Position numbers and translations under genes: made by a program | The notes under the pieces: generated by a model | What the model saw: only the letters and a program-made list of their open reading frames with translations | Databases searched by the model: none | Told to the model about the DNA's origin: nothing | NCBI GenBank assembly: GCA_011174825.1 | Contig: DUEZ01000078.1 | Location: 27,947 to 91,946, forward strand | DNA from: Anaerolineae bacterium | GTDB lineage: Bacteria; Chloroflexota; Anaerolineae; Anaerolineales; E44-bin32 | Length of the DNA stretch: 64,000 nt | Direction: 5' to 3' | Part shown: one piece after another, positions 1 to 8,645 of the stretch | Position numbering within the stretch: the first letter of the stretch is position 1 | How the letters are laid out: every line of letters starts with the position of its first letter

Positions 1-76
1 CTTGCATCGAGGCCGCGTGGTAGCCCTTTTGGCGAAAGGCCTGTGCCGCTGCTTGAAGGATATCTGAACGCTGCAT
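1..76 (-). CDS. TetR/AcrR family transcriptional regulator (5' part; runs off the window)
   Basis: Manual translation of the minus strand from ATG at 76 gives MQRSDILQAAAQAFRQKGYHAASMQ, a typical TetR N-terminal helix and HTH entry. Confidence 0.85.
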   Translation of the reverse strand, partial: MQRSDILQAAAQAFRQKGYHAASMQ

Positions 77-85
77 AAGCGTAGC

Positions 86-103
86 CTACCGACCGGTCGG
101 TAG
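86..103. promoter_or_regulatory. Probable TetR operator, perfect 18-bp palindrome CTACCGACCGGTCGGTAG
   Basis: Lies between a minus-strand promoter (TTGACC-N18-TATAGT with TGn extension, about 108-137) and the TetR ATG. Confidence 0.8.
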
Positions 104-227
104 TTTTACTATAGCACAGTCAAAGGCTTGAGGTCAAGCGAGAACAAAGGAACCGTGATCGAACATCGAGCGGAAGTCTCAACATACGCAAATATGCGAC
201 GTCTCCATTGATGTGAAGCAAAAGACA

Positions 228-260
228 AGCTTCCCGCGAGCTTATAGCTCGCGGGAAGCT
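228..260. repeat. 33-bp palindromic REP-like repeat, family A, copy 1
   Basis: AGCTTCCCGCGAGCT-TAT-AGCTCGCGGGAAGCT with perfect 15-bp arms; related copies at 13528, 22187 and 45768. Confidence 0.9.
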
Positions 261-343
261 CAAAGACCCTTACCCTCCACCCCTCGATTTCAATCCATAA
301 CTTGTTGCGCTAAAATGCATGGGGTAAAATCAAAAAGCAGTAT

Positions 344-415
344 GCCCCTGTAGCTCAGTGGATAGAGCGTTGCCCTCCGGAGGCAAATGCCGGCGTTCGA
401 GTCGCCGCAGGGGCG
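344..415 (+). tRNA. tRNA-Arg(CCG)
   Basis: Acceptor GCCCCTG/CAGGGGC, D arm, anticodon arm TTGCC-CTCCGGA-GGCAA, TTCGA T loop; CCA not encoded. Confidence 0.95.
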
Positions 416-420
416 CTATA

Positions 421-447
421 AGCCCTGGTCTGAAGCCAGGGCGTTTG
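421..447 (+). terminator. Hairpin or terminator after tRNA-Arg
   Basis: GCCCTGG-N6-CCAGGGC followed by GTTTGATTT. Confidence 0.5.
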
Positions 448-454
448 ATTTCTA

Positions 455-575
455 TAAACCTGCGAAAAAAACGAGAATAGAGGGGAGTAAAAGAGTATAA
501 GTGGGAGTGTGGAATTCCTCCACACTCCCACTTATTTTCTCCGTTCTCTCAAGGCCGATCTTTTTCAGGGGAGTC
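455..575. mobile_element. MITE-like element (about 119-bp family), copy A
   Basis: Imperfect terminal inverted repeats (..CTGCGAAAAA / TTTTTCAGGGGAGTC) and central palindrome ATAAGTGGGAGTGTGGA-N5-TCCACACTCCCACTTAT. Confidence 0.65.
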
Positions 576-586
576 TTTCATTACGC

Positions 587-1075
587 TTAGAGATTCACCC
601 AGGTTACCTCACGGTTGCTCGGATCTAAAAGCGCCAGTGTACTATACCCATTCAAGCCCATCAATTCACCCGGATTGAGAAGAAGACACCCACCAACGGT
701 CTCCTCATGCGCGGTGTGATCGTGGCCATAGCAAACCAAGTCGAACTCCCTTGAAAGTGCAAGACCGCGCGCAACGTCCGGATAGTGGTTCACAGCCACT
801 CGTAGTCCACCGATTTCAAGCTTGGCAAAGGGACCATGTAAGACCACTTGGGGATAACTCTGGGCAACTTTGGAGATCGTGAATGTGTCACCATCGTTGT
901 TTCCCCATACAACATGCACCGGTGTGTCACCTAATCCCTCCCCTAATCTCTTCACGACGAACGGCGAACAGAGGTCTCCACAATGGATCACCGCATCGGT
1001 TGAACGCAAGTATGGCATGGCCTGGTCAATTTTCCACACGTTATCATGTGTGTCACTGATGATAGCGATTTTCAT
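587..1075 (-). CDS. Metallophosphoesterase, YfcE/MJ0936 family
   Basis: SDTH, HCGD, GNND and GHDH calcineurin-like motifs; AAAGGAG RBS. Confidence 0.9.
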   Translation of the reverse strand: MKIAIISDTHDNVWKIDQAMPYLRSTDAVIHCGDLCSPFVVKRLGEGLGDTPVHVVWGNNDGDTFTISKVAQSYPQVVLHGPFAKLEIGGLRVAVNHYPDVARGLALSREFDLVCYGHDHTAHEETVGGCLLLNPGELMGLNGYSTLALLDPSNREVTWVNL

Positions 1076-1130
1076 AAGGAACTCCTTTCAACTTAGGAAA
1101 CGTATCTCTCTTCGCAAGCACGTGGGCGAC

Positions 1131-1217
1131 TGGGCACTATGGCACTTGGGCACCAAGGCGCTTAGGATTTCATGATTAGAGCCTAATTGCCATGGTGCCA
1201 AGGTGTCAAAGTGCCCA
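1131..1217. repeat. 87-bp inverted element built from about 8-bp GGCAC units, copy 1
   Basis: TGGGCACTATGGCACTTGGGCACCAAGGC ... GCCATGGTGCCAAGGTGTCAAAGTGCCCA; similar element at 23557-23644. Confidence 0.75.
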
Positions 1218-2756
1218 TTACCCATCTTCCGTTTTGTCCTTCGTTGGTTCTACCAACCGACCGTACAAGACGCTCATTTCCTGCATACGCCCTGCTAACT
1301 GCGGAGAAAGCTGCGCGGCTCTTACACGCCACTGCCAGTTCCCCTCTGCTCGACTCGGGAAATTCATGCGCGCTTCACTCCCTAACTCGAGAAGATCTTG
1401 CATCGGTGCAATTGCCATATCGGCAACCGAAGACCAAATCACCTTGATCATGCCCCAAGCGATATCTTCTGCATTACATCCCAGGTAACGCCGACAGAAT
1501 TCCTGCGTCTCTTCCGGTGCTGAAGCATACCATCCCCTTGATGTGTCGTTGTCATGCGTCCCCGTATAAGCCACACAATGTCTTTCGAAATTATGGGGCA
1601 AATACTCATGAGTAGCGTCACCATCAAACGCAAACTGCATCACCTTCATCCCTGGAAGGTTGAAAACCTCCCGTAGAGCTACCACCTCCGGTGTGATCAA
1701 CCCTAAATCCTCAGCGATGATGGGCAGATCGCCAAGGGCCTTCTGAGCTACCTCCAGAAAATCCTCTCCAGGACCAGTTCTCCAACGCCCAGTCGTTGCT
1801 CCTTCATCTTCAGCTGGGATCTCCCAATATGCCTGAAAACCGCGAAAATGATCCAATCGAACGAGGTCTACCATCGATAAAACACTTTCCAGGCGGGACA
1901 ACCACCATGTATATCCATCGTCTCGCAATACATCCCATCTATATAGTGGATTCCCCCATCTCTGACCAGTCGGTGAAAAGTAATCAGGAGGCACACCTGC
2001 TACTACGGTAGGCATACCGGCATCGTCCAAGAAGAAAAACTCAGGATGAGCCCAAACGTCAGCACTATCATGGGCAACAAAAATCGGTAGGTCCCCAATG
2101 ATCTTCAGATCTGATTTCGCCGCAAGCTGTCTCACGGTCTGCCACTGACGAGAGAAGAGGAATTGACGAAACCGATGAGCTTCAATTTCGTCCTTAAGCC
2201 TCTCCCTTGCCCTAGAGATCGCGTGTGACTTACGAAGAGCCAAAGACGGCTCCCAATCTGTCCAAGAAATGCCTTCATGTTCCCCTTTAATCGCCATGAA
2301 AAGCGTAAAATCATCCAACCAGTACGATTGTTGTTGACAATAGACCTGGAACTCCTTCTCTAAAGCTGGAGTTATTCCTGCACGAAAGTGGTCCATCGCG
2401 AGATTCAGGAGGCGATCCTTATACGCTATGACCGTTCCAAAATGGATTCGGTCGTCAGAAAATTCGGGTATTGACTCGAGATCATCCTCTCTAAGCAACC
2501 CCTCCGCCATCAAACTCTCAGGGCTAATGAGCAATGGGTTGCCAGCGAAGGAGGAGAAACTTTGGTATGGCGAATCCCCATATCCGGTTGGGCCTAATGG
2601 AAGGACCTGCCAAATCCGACAACCTGCTTCGGATAACCAATCGATCCAACCCCATGCTGTTGAACCCAAATCACCAATGCCGTACGGTCCAGGCAAGGCC
2701 GTAGGATGAAGCAGCACACCACCTTCGCGGTGAAATCGTTTTTCCCCTTTATCCAT
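1218..2756 (-). CDS. malQ: 4-alpha-glucanotransferase (amylomaltase, GH77)
   Basis: GVLLHPT, WQVLPLGP, SPYQSFSSFAGNP, RLDHFRG, IIAEDLG and YTGTHDN motifs. Confidence 0.97.
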   Translation of the reverse strand: MDKGEKRFHREGGVLLHPTALPGPYGIGDLGSTAWGWIDWLSEAGCRIWQVLPLGPTGYGDSPYQSFSSFAGNPLLISPESLMAEGLLREDDLESIPEFSDDRIHFGTVIAYKDRLLNLAMDHFRAGITPALEKEFQVYCQQQSYWLDDFTLFMAIKGEHEGISWTDWEPSLALRKSHAISRARERLKDEIEAHRFRQFLFSRQWQTVRQLAAKSDLKIIGDLPIFVAHDSADVWAHPEFFFLDDAGMPTVVAGVPPDYFSPTGQRWGNPLYRWDVLRDDGYTWWLSRLESVLSMVDLVRLDHFRGFQAYWEIPAEDEGATTGRWRTGPGEDFLEVAQKALGDLPIIAEDLGLITPEVVALREVFNLPGMKVMQFAFDGDATHEYLPHNFERHCVAYTGTHDNDTSRGWYASAPEETQEFCRRYLGCNAEDIAWGMIKVIWSSVADMAIAPMQDLLELGSEARMNFPSRAEGNWQWRVRAAQLSPQLAGRMQEMSVLYGRLVEPTKDKTEDG

Positions 2757-4186
2757 TACGCTAACTTCTCCTCAAGTGCTCCCCTATATAAATCATGGTA
2801 ATCCTCTGCAGATCTTTGCCACGAGAAATCCTTCATCATTGCGCGTCGTTGTAATGCCCACCATGCTGCCTGGTCTTCATAAAGGTTTAGCCCCCGCTGA
2901 ATGGCTTCTCTTAACGCCCATGATTCTACCGGTCCGAAGGTGAAGCCTGTCCCATGACCCTCTGGTTCGTAGTCTTCCACGGTATCCTTCAATCCACCGG
3001 TGGATCGAACGACTGGTATGCAGCCATATCGCATCGCGATCATCTGAGTCAACCCGCACGGTTCGTAACGGGACGGGATGACCATTAAATCACCACCACC
3101 ATAGATCTTGCGCGCAAGTTTTGGGGCAAAGCGTCTCACAAAACGGATTCGATCGGGATATGTTGTGGAAAATTGCCTCGCCTTCTCCTCCAACACTGGA
3201 TCGCCTGTTCCCAGGATAACAAATTGCCAACGCTCATTCATCATGTCAACCAAGGCGTCCAGCACCAAATCAATACCCTTTTGTTGATCAAGACGAGTGA
3301 CCATAGCCAATAAAGGGATTCGAGTTTCAGTTTCAAACCCAAGCTCACTTTGAAGCGCCTGCTTGTTTTTCGTACGGGATCCGAAGTCATCATGTGAAAA
3401 GGTCGCGGTTAATTCGGTATCTTGGGTTGGATTCCACACCTCCGGGTCGATCCCATTTAGAATTCCGACGAGCCGTTCACGACGGGATTGTAAAAGTTGC
3501 TCCATACCGTGGCCGAACTCGGGAGTTTGAATCTCATTTGCGTAGGATGGACTGACGGTACTCAACCAATCTGCTGTTGCTAGTCCTATGGGCAGGGGTA
3601 AAGTTCGGGACCAAGATGGTAGATCTTCAAGATCAGTGACATTCACACCATAACCTGTGAAAACCTGTCCAGCGTCGCTGCCCATATATGGTAAATTGTG
3701 TACGGTAAATACACTCGCCACCCCACTCCAGAATCCGTCACTATCTCGATGTGCCTTGAGCCAAGCCACCGACGGCGCTGCGTGCCAGTCGTTGGCGTGT
3801 ACGATCTCGGGTTGCCATCCTATCGCTTCACATGATGCGAGAGCTGCCAGGGAGAAGAAAGTAAATTTGTCAACATCAATCTCAGGGGCATCATAGATAT
3901 CGTCTGATTGACGAATTGGATCCCCGTCTATCAAAAACACCGGTACATTTCGAATCTGAGTCGCATAAATCTCAGCTCCATGCCCTCCCTGAGAATGCTT
4001 GACAGTAGCTTCCCCAATCTGCTCCACTGCGAAGTGGGTTTCCTTGATCGAAGGATAAAAAGGCAGAGCCAATCGAATATCAATCCCTAGCGACAATATT
4101 GCCCGGGGAAGCTCCCCAGCAACATCAGCCAAACCTCCAACCTTGACAAGGGGAGTTGCCTCTGAGGCTAGATATAAAACTCTCAT
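2756..4186 (-). CDS. glgA: Glycogen synthase (GT5)
   Basis: KVGGLADV, HANDWH and PSRYEPCGL motifs; start moved to MRVLYL because the 29-aa ORF extension is MITE sequence. Confidence 0.96.
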   Translation of the reverse strand: MRVLYLASEATPLVKVGGLADVAGELPRAILSLGIDIRLALPFYPSIKETHFAVEQIGEATVKHSQGGHGAEIYATQIRNVPVFLIDGDPIRQSDDIYDAPEIDVDKFTFFSLAALASCEAIGWQPEIVHANDWHAAPSVAWLKAHRDSDGFWSGVASVFTVHNLPYMGSDAGQVFTGYGVNVTDLEDLPSWSRTLPLPIGLATADWLSTVSPSYANEIQTPEFGHGMEQLLQSRRERLVGILNGIDPEVWNPTQDTELTATFSHDDFGSRTKNKQALQSELGFETETRIPLLAMVTRLDQQKGIDLVLDALVDMMNERWQFVILGTGDPVLEEKARQFSTTYPDRIRFVRRFAPKLARKIYGGGDLMVIPSRYEPCGLTQMIAMRYGCIPVVRSTGGLKDTVEDYEPEGHGTGFTFGPVESWALREAIQRGLNLYEDQAAWWALQRRAMMKDFSWQRSAEDYHDLYRGALEEKLA

Positions 4187-4190
4187 GCTT

Positions 4191-4308
4191 GACTCCGCTG
4201 AAAAAATCAACGCGAGAAGAGGACCGTTATATGTGGGGGTGCGGGCTACGCCCACACCCCCACATATACCCATCCCTACACCTCGATGTTATTTTCTTCA
4301 ATGCACTC
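4191..4308. mobile_element. MITE-like element, copy B, with target-site duplication
   Basis: TIRs GACTCCGCTGAA / TTCAATGCACTC; central palindrome ATATGTGGGGGTG..CACCCCCACATAT; ATGCTT repeated directly at 4185-4190 and 4309-4314. Confidence 0.85.
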
Positions 4309-5962
4309 ATGCTTGAAACCAGCGGAAATCCATTTCGGGGAAGATCTTATCTTTTTCCCATAAATCCGCTGCAAGCTCGGAGCTCGGTCGTTGTTGATCT
4401 AGTTCATCTAACAACATGTTGAAACGGTCAACGTGTTGGCGAAAACGCTGGATGGAGTACTCCCGCGCCTGCCCGGTGGTGACCAAGAAAGGCCAATCGG
4501 AAGACTGGAGGAGCAGCAACTCGCGCGCAGCTTGGTCAAGGAGATGACGGGTTACACCTTTAGCGGCAAGATGTGCTTCTACTGCCTCTTTCATGCGATT
4601 CTCTGCTGCATGGATGATGGGCCACATCCATTGTGTATCGGTATTGTCCCAAACGAAATGCGTGCCACCTGCGCCCCAAGATCCCTCCGGGAGGTTGAGA
4701 ACCGTTGTTGGTGGATGAATCTGGACATAATCCGACGCCGTCGTGAGCTCAGCAACTTCAGAGGTCGCCAACCGCCTTAAGACTTCCCGTATCCAATCGA
4801 CTCCTTCAAACCACCAATGACCGAACAACTCCGTGTCGTAGATGGCAGAGATAATTCCAGTTTGACCAGTCTCCTGTTGATATTCACGCAATAGTTCTTC
4901 CACCAAGCGAGCATAGTGGTCTGCGTGTTGCTCCACCTTATATGCGGCCCAATCGGGTTGATAAGCGTCTTTATCCGCCAGGTCAACTTTCGGACCCGTC
5001 ACGCGCCAATATTGCATGCCTGAGATTCCGTCTTTCTTGTGGAACTCCCGGTAATCGAACTCGCCAGGGTAACCCCATTCTGCACTCCATACCTGGAGAC
5101 CCGTTCGATTATTACGTCCGATCACGGCCACTTGGGGTTGGGTCACATAGTAGGGCTGGTATGTATTCGCAGGTTGGTCAAGTTGCACCTCCGAGAAAGG
5201 CACCAGGTAACGCCGAGTTACATTCCCATACGGACCTATGGCTTCCCCTGCTGCAACGCCAACGGGCTTCCCCCCTTCGATCATGTGGGTTTCTGTGAAG
5301 AACAGTGTGATACCCTGCTGGGCGAGAAAATATTCAAGACCAGGCCTCTCCCTTCCATCCTCCGAATAATACCCTGGCCGATAGGCACACTCCGGAAGCC
5401 ATATCGATCTTGGATCGCGACCAAAATGACGACGGTAGCTTTGGACAGCCGTCGTTAGTTGAAGATTGATCGATTCGTCCCGATCTAAGAGGGGCAAGTA
5501 GCCATGAGTCGCAGCACAGGTTACGATCTCGATCACGCCTTCGTTCTGCAGATGACGAAAAGCAGGAACCAGATTCCCTTTGTAGCGCTCAATGAAGCTG
5601 GTACGTACCCCCAAATACCAGTCGCGATAAAAGGAGGCAAGATAGGCGAAGTGCGCATCACCGATCGACTCAAATCGAGGGATGTCCGCAGTGGCGGATG
5701 CAATTCTATCGTCTAGAAAGGTAACAAAATTTCTGCGGACATCCTCATCAGCGAGCTGTTCCAGCAGGATGGGCGTCAATGTAAGCGTCAAGTGGATTGG
5801 AAATCCCTCCTCATGTAACCCGTATAGTGCATCTAATAACGGGACATATGTCTCTGAAGCCGCTTCGTGAAGCCACTCCTCTCCATGTGGCCATCGACCG
5901 GCTTGCCGAGCATATGGGAGGTGAGAATGTAAAACAAATGTAAAGGCACCAACTTTCGACAT
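4307..5962 (-). CDS. GH57 1,4-alpha-glucan branching enzyme (DUF1957 C-terminus)
   Basis: VLHSHLPY, THGYLP, WLPECAY, YDTELFGHWWFEG and QSSDWPF motifs; start at MSKVGAF. Confidence 0.93.
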   Translation of the reverse strand: MSKVGAFTFVLHSHLPYARQAGRWPHGEEWLHEAASETYVPLLDALYGLHEEGFPIHLTLTLTPILLEQLADEDVRRNFVTFLDDRIASATADIPRFESIGDAHFAYLASFYRDWYLGVRTSFIERYKGNLVPAFRHLQNEGVIEIVTCAATHGYLPLLDRDESINLQLTTAVQSYRRHFGRDPRSIWLPECAYRPGYYSEDGRERPGLEYFLAQQGITLFFTETHMIEGGKPVGVAAGEAIGPYGNVTRRYLVPFSEVQLDQPANTYQPYYVTQPQVAVIGRNNRTGLQVWSAEWGYPGEFDYREFHKKDGISGMQYWRVTGPKVDLADKDAYQPDWAAYKVEQHADHYARLVEELLREYQQETGQTGIISAIYDTELFGHWWFEGVDWIREVLRRLATSEVAELTTASDYVQIHPPTTVLNLPEGSWGAGGTHFVWDNTDTQWMWPIIHAAENRMKEAVEAHLAAKGVTRHLLDQAARELLLLQSSDWPFLVTTGQAREYSIQRFRQHVDRFNMLLDELDQQRPSSELAADLWEKDKIFPEMDFRWFQA

Positions 5963-6074
5963 TAACGACTCCCTTCCAGAACATATGCCTGATTGTAGCA
6001 GAAGCGTCGAGAGCATCAAGGTTCGTGAAGGAGATTCACCCCACCCAAAAAAGAAGATGAAGGGACGAAAAACC

Positions 6075-7139
6075 TCAAGGACCCCATCTAGGTTGCCAAT
6101 CAGAGCGGGACCCAAAGGTCAGCCTGATGATTTCTGAGCCATCCAACCTCATGATGTAGATTTCATTGTTCCCATCGCGATAGGAGGTAAATGTGATCCA
6201 TTGCCCATCAGGCGAAAAGCTGGGAGCCAAATTGTCACCACCATCCGTTAATCGGTGGACAGTTTGATCATGAATATCTGCAACAAAAATATCTCTGTCT
6301 CCTCTTGGACCGGCGTAGAATGCTAACATTTGACCATCCGGTGACCAGTCGTTTCGCCCTCCAATTTGAGACACCCCCTGCGTTACCTGCCGCGGTTGGC
6401 TGCCATCAGCTTGCATGATGTAAAGTTGTCGTGAGCCGTCACGGTTCGAAGCGAATGCGATCTGTTGGCCATCCGGAGACCATGTGGGATCGATATCATC
6501 CCAAGAACCCTCTGTCAAAGGATGAGGGTCACGACCATCACGTTTCATAACCCATATGGATTGATAACCTTCATCGGCGTTGGTGAAGACGATCATCTGC
6601 CCGTCTGGCGACACATCAGGAGCGAAGAGACTTCCCAGGCCTTCCGTTAGGCGGATCTGGTTCTCCCCATCTAAATCCATACTATAGATTTCAAATCGAC
6701 CATCTCTGCGTGATGAGAAAACAATAGAAGCTCCATCAGGGCTGAGTGAAGGATAGAAGTCTGTCGCGGGGTCAAAGGTGAGCCGCTGGCTCTCCCTGCC
6801 AAGCGGATCCATACGACATATTTCATCATAACCATCGATGAAGCATGTAAAAACGATCATTTCTTGAGGTTTTTCCGCTTCTTTTAATCCAGTCGGGGTT
6901 GGTGTCACGTCTAAATCTGGTGAAGGAGATGGGGTGGTTCCTACGCTTACTGGCGTGAATATCGGAAGTGGGGTTAAGTAAACATCTGAGGATCTGAGCA
7001 GGCGGAAGACCTCTGGCCACTGTAAACCGATAACAAACACGGTTACGGCTACACAAATCGTTGTCAATAAACAACATGCCAGCCCAAGTCCGATAAAGAT
7101 CATGATGGCACGGGATTGCGGATCTTTTGGTTGAATCAT
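6075..7139 (-). CDS. Membrane-anchored TolB-like (PD40) beta-propeller protein
   Basis: N-terminal TM helix, Pro/Thr linker and repeated (W/F/L/V)SPDG blades. Confidence 0.88.
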   Translation of the reverse strand: MIQPKDPQSRAIMIFIGLGLACCLLTTICVAVTVFVIGLQWPEVFRLLRSSDVYLTPLPIFTPVSVGTTPSPSPDLDVTPTPTGLKEAEKPQEMIVFTCFIDGYDEICRMDPLGRESQRLTFDPATDFYPSLSPDGASIVFSSRRDGRFEIYSMDLDGENQIRLTEGLGSLFAPDVSPDGQMIVFTNADEGYQSIWVMKRDGRDPHPLTEGSWDDIDPTWSPDGQQIAFASNRDGSRQLYIMQADGSQPRQVTQGVSQIGGRNDWSPDGQMLAFYAGPRGDRDIFVADIHDQTVHRLTDGGDNLAPSFSPDGQWITFTSYRDGNNEIYIMRLDGSEIIRLTFGSRSDWQPRWGP

Positions 7140-7442
7140 CTACGATCGTCGCACCTTATCCCCAGATCCAGTTTAACAGCCAAACGAAGTCTGTTGGTCT
7201 CTGATCATCTTTCCGTGACGCAATAGGAGGCTCCGTTACATCGCGGATCGCAAAGGCAGATCACTACACTTCGCATGAGCGTATCACAAATTTGCGAACA
7301 CTTTCGCTATCTATCAACAGTTCCAAGTGTTGCCCTTCCAGATTCAATGTCTGGTCATATGGGAATCTATCCTCCCTAGCTTTATCGGACAACTGCATCG
7401 CGCAGCATGGCGTACTTTTGTGCGCCATGCTTTAAAGCTTGT

Positions 7443-7559
7443 GAATCCATTGAAAAAAGGTCAGCTGCTCGAGGAGAATCGTTATATGTGGGGGTGTGGG
7501 CTGCGCCCACACCCCCACATATGCCCCCCTTCTCCTCGCGGGTTGTTTTCAGTGCGCTC
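7443..7559. mobile_element. MITE-like element, copy C
   Basis: TIRs GAATCCATTGAAAA / TTTTCAGTGCGCTC; central palindrome nearly identical to copy B. Confidence 0.8.
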
Positions 7560-7610
7560 ATGAGCCAATGGGCTTGGCATACCTAGGGCTTGGTTTGCCC
7601 CTCAAGCTTA

Positions 7611-8645
7611 CTACCCTAATCGCTCTTTGAAGGCCTGCGTCAGAGGGGGAAGGATGTCGAATAGATCGCCTACGATTCCAAACCGAGCTAGTTTAAAGAT
7701 CGGCGCGTCAGAATCCCGATTAATTGCCACGATGGTCTTTGAGGTCCTCATACCTGCAAGGTGCTGAATTGCACCCGAAATACCACACGCGATATAGAGG
7801 TCCGGTGAAACCACCTTCCCGGTCTGACCCACCTGATGTTCATAGGGGACGTAGCCAGCATCGACAGCTGCTCGGCTAGCTCCCATGGCTGCACCAAGTA
7901 CTTTAGCCAAGTCACTAACCAAAGCGAAGCCTTGCTGAGCCCTCCAAATCTCCTGCTCGCCCTCGTCGGTAATCTCCGTTGGTGGGCTAAGCCGTGGATT
8001 GTTCGAGACACCCCGTCCTCCAGAGACGATAATTGCGGCATCTGATAAGCTCACGCCAACCATGGATTCGCTGTAACCTGTCACCTCAGTCACAATCTCG
8101 CCAAGGTCCAATTCGATCCGTGTGATATCTCCACTACGTCCAGGATCAGGTTCTGGCTTAACGAAAGCGCGGCTTCGGAGGGTGAAAATTTGTGGGCGCT
8201 TTTCAGGACAGATCACTTTTGTTAGGAGTTTACCGGCATAGATTGGTCGCGTAGCTAATACCGATCCATCCTCGATTTCAAAGGCAACCACATCGGGCAT
8301 CACACCCGTCTCGAGATCCACAGCGACCATTCCTGCTAACTCACGTGTCCTGCTGGTGGTCGGGAGCAAAAGCACCTCGGCTTCCGCTGCCAACTGTGAC
8401 AGCACACGAGCGAACGGCTCTGGTCGATAATCCTTCAACTCTGGGGCATCCCCCATAAGAACCCCACCAGCCCCAAACTCGATCGCGTTTTGAGCAAACG
8501 TTTCAACCTCATGTCCCAAAACAACGGCTACTACCTCGCTTCCAAGCTTCTCAGCTAACGACGTTCCAACGCCAACAGCTTCCCATGATGCTGGCACAAC
8601 CTGACCGGCGAAGTGATCAATGTAGACAAGGATTTTATTTGCCAT
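7611..8645 (-). CDS. etfA: Electron transfer flavoprotein alpha subunit
   Basis: GGRG, ASRAAVDAG, QVGQTGKVV and GISGAIQHLAGM motifs. Confidence 0.96.
   Translation of the reverse strand: MANKILVYIDHFAGQVVPASWEAVGVGTSLAEKLGSEVVAVVLGHEVETFAQNAIEFGAGGVLMGDAPELKDYRPEPFARVLSQLAAEAEVLLLPTTSRTRELAGMVAVDLETGVMPDVVAFEIEDGSVLATRPIYAGKLLTKVICPEKRPQIFTLRSRAFVKPEPDPGRSGDITRIELDLGEIVTEVTGYSESMVGVSLSDAAIIVSGGRGVSNNPRLSPPTEITDEGEQEIWRAQQGFALVSDLAKVLGAAMGASRAAVDAGYVPYEHQVGQTGKVVSPDLYIACGISGAIQHLAGMRTSKTIVAINRDSDAPIFKLARFGIVGDLFDILPPLTQAFKERLG

Noticed and set aside
344-415. All four tRNAs lack an encoded CCA
   Set aside because: This is common in bacteria that add CCA enzymatically.
4187-4273. Long N-terminal extensions in the ORF track (glgA, GH57, nrdR, ddl, xth, aldolase, hsp20 and others)
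   Set aside because: Downstream starts fit family N-termini, RBSs or gene overlaps better; the extensions run through repeats or regulatory DNA.
4156-4422. ORFs 4156..4422 and 7327..7563 share the peptide RYMWGCGLRPHPHI
   Set aside because: The shared peptide is only the translation of the MITE central palindrome, not a protein family.
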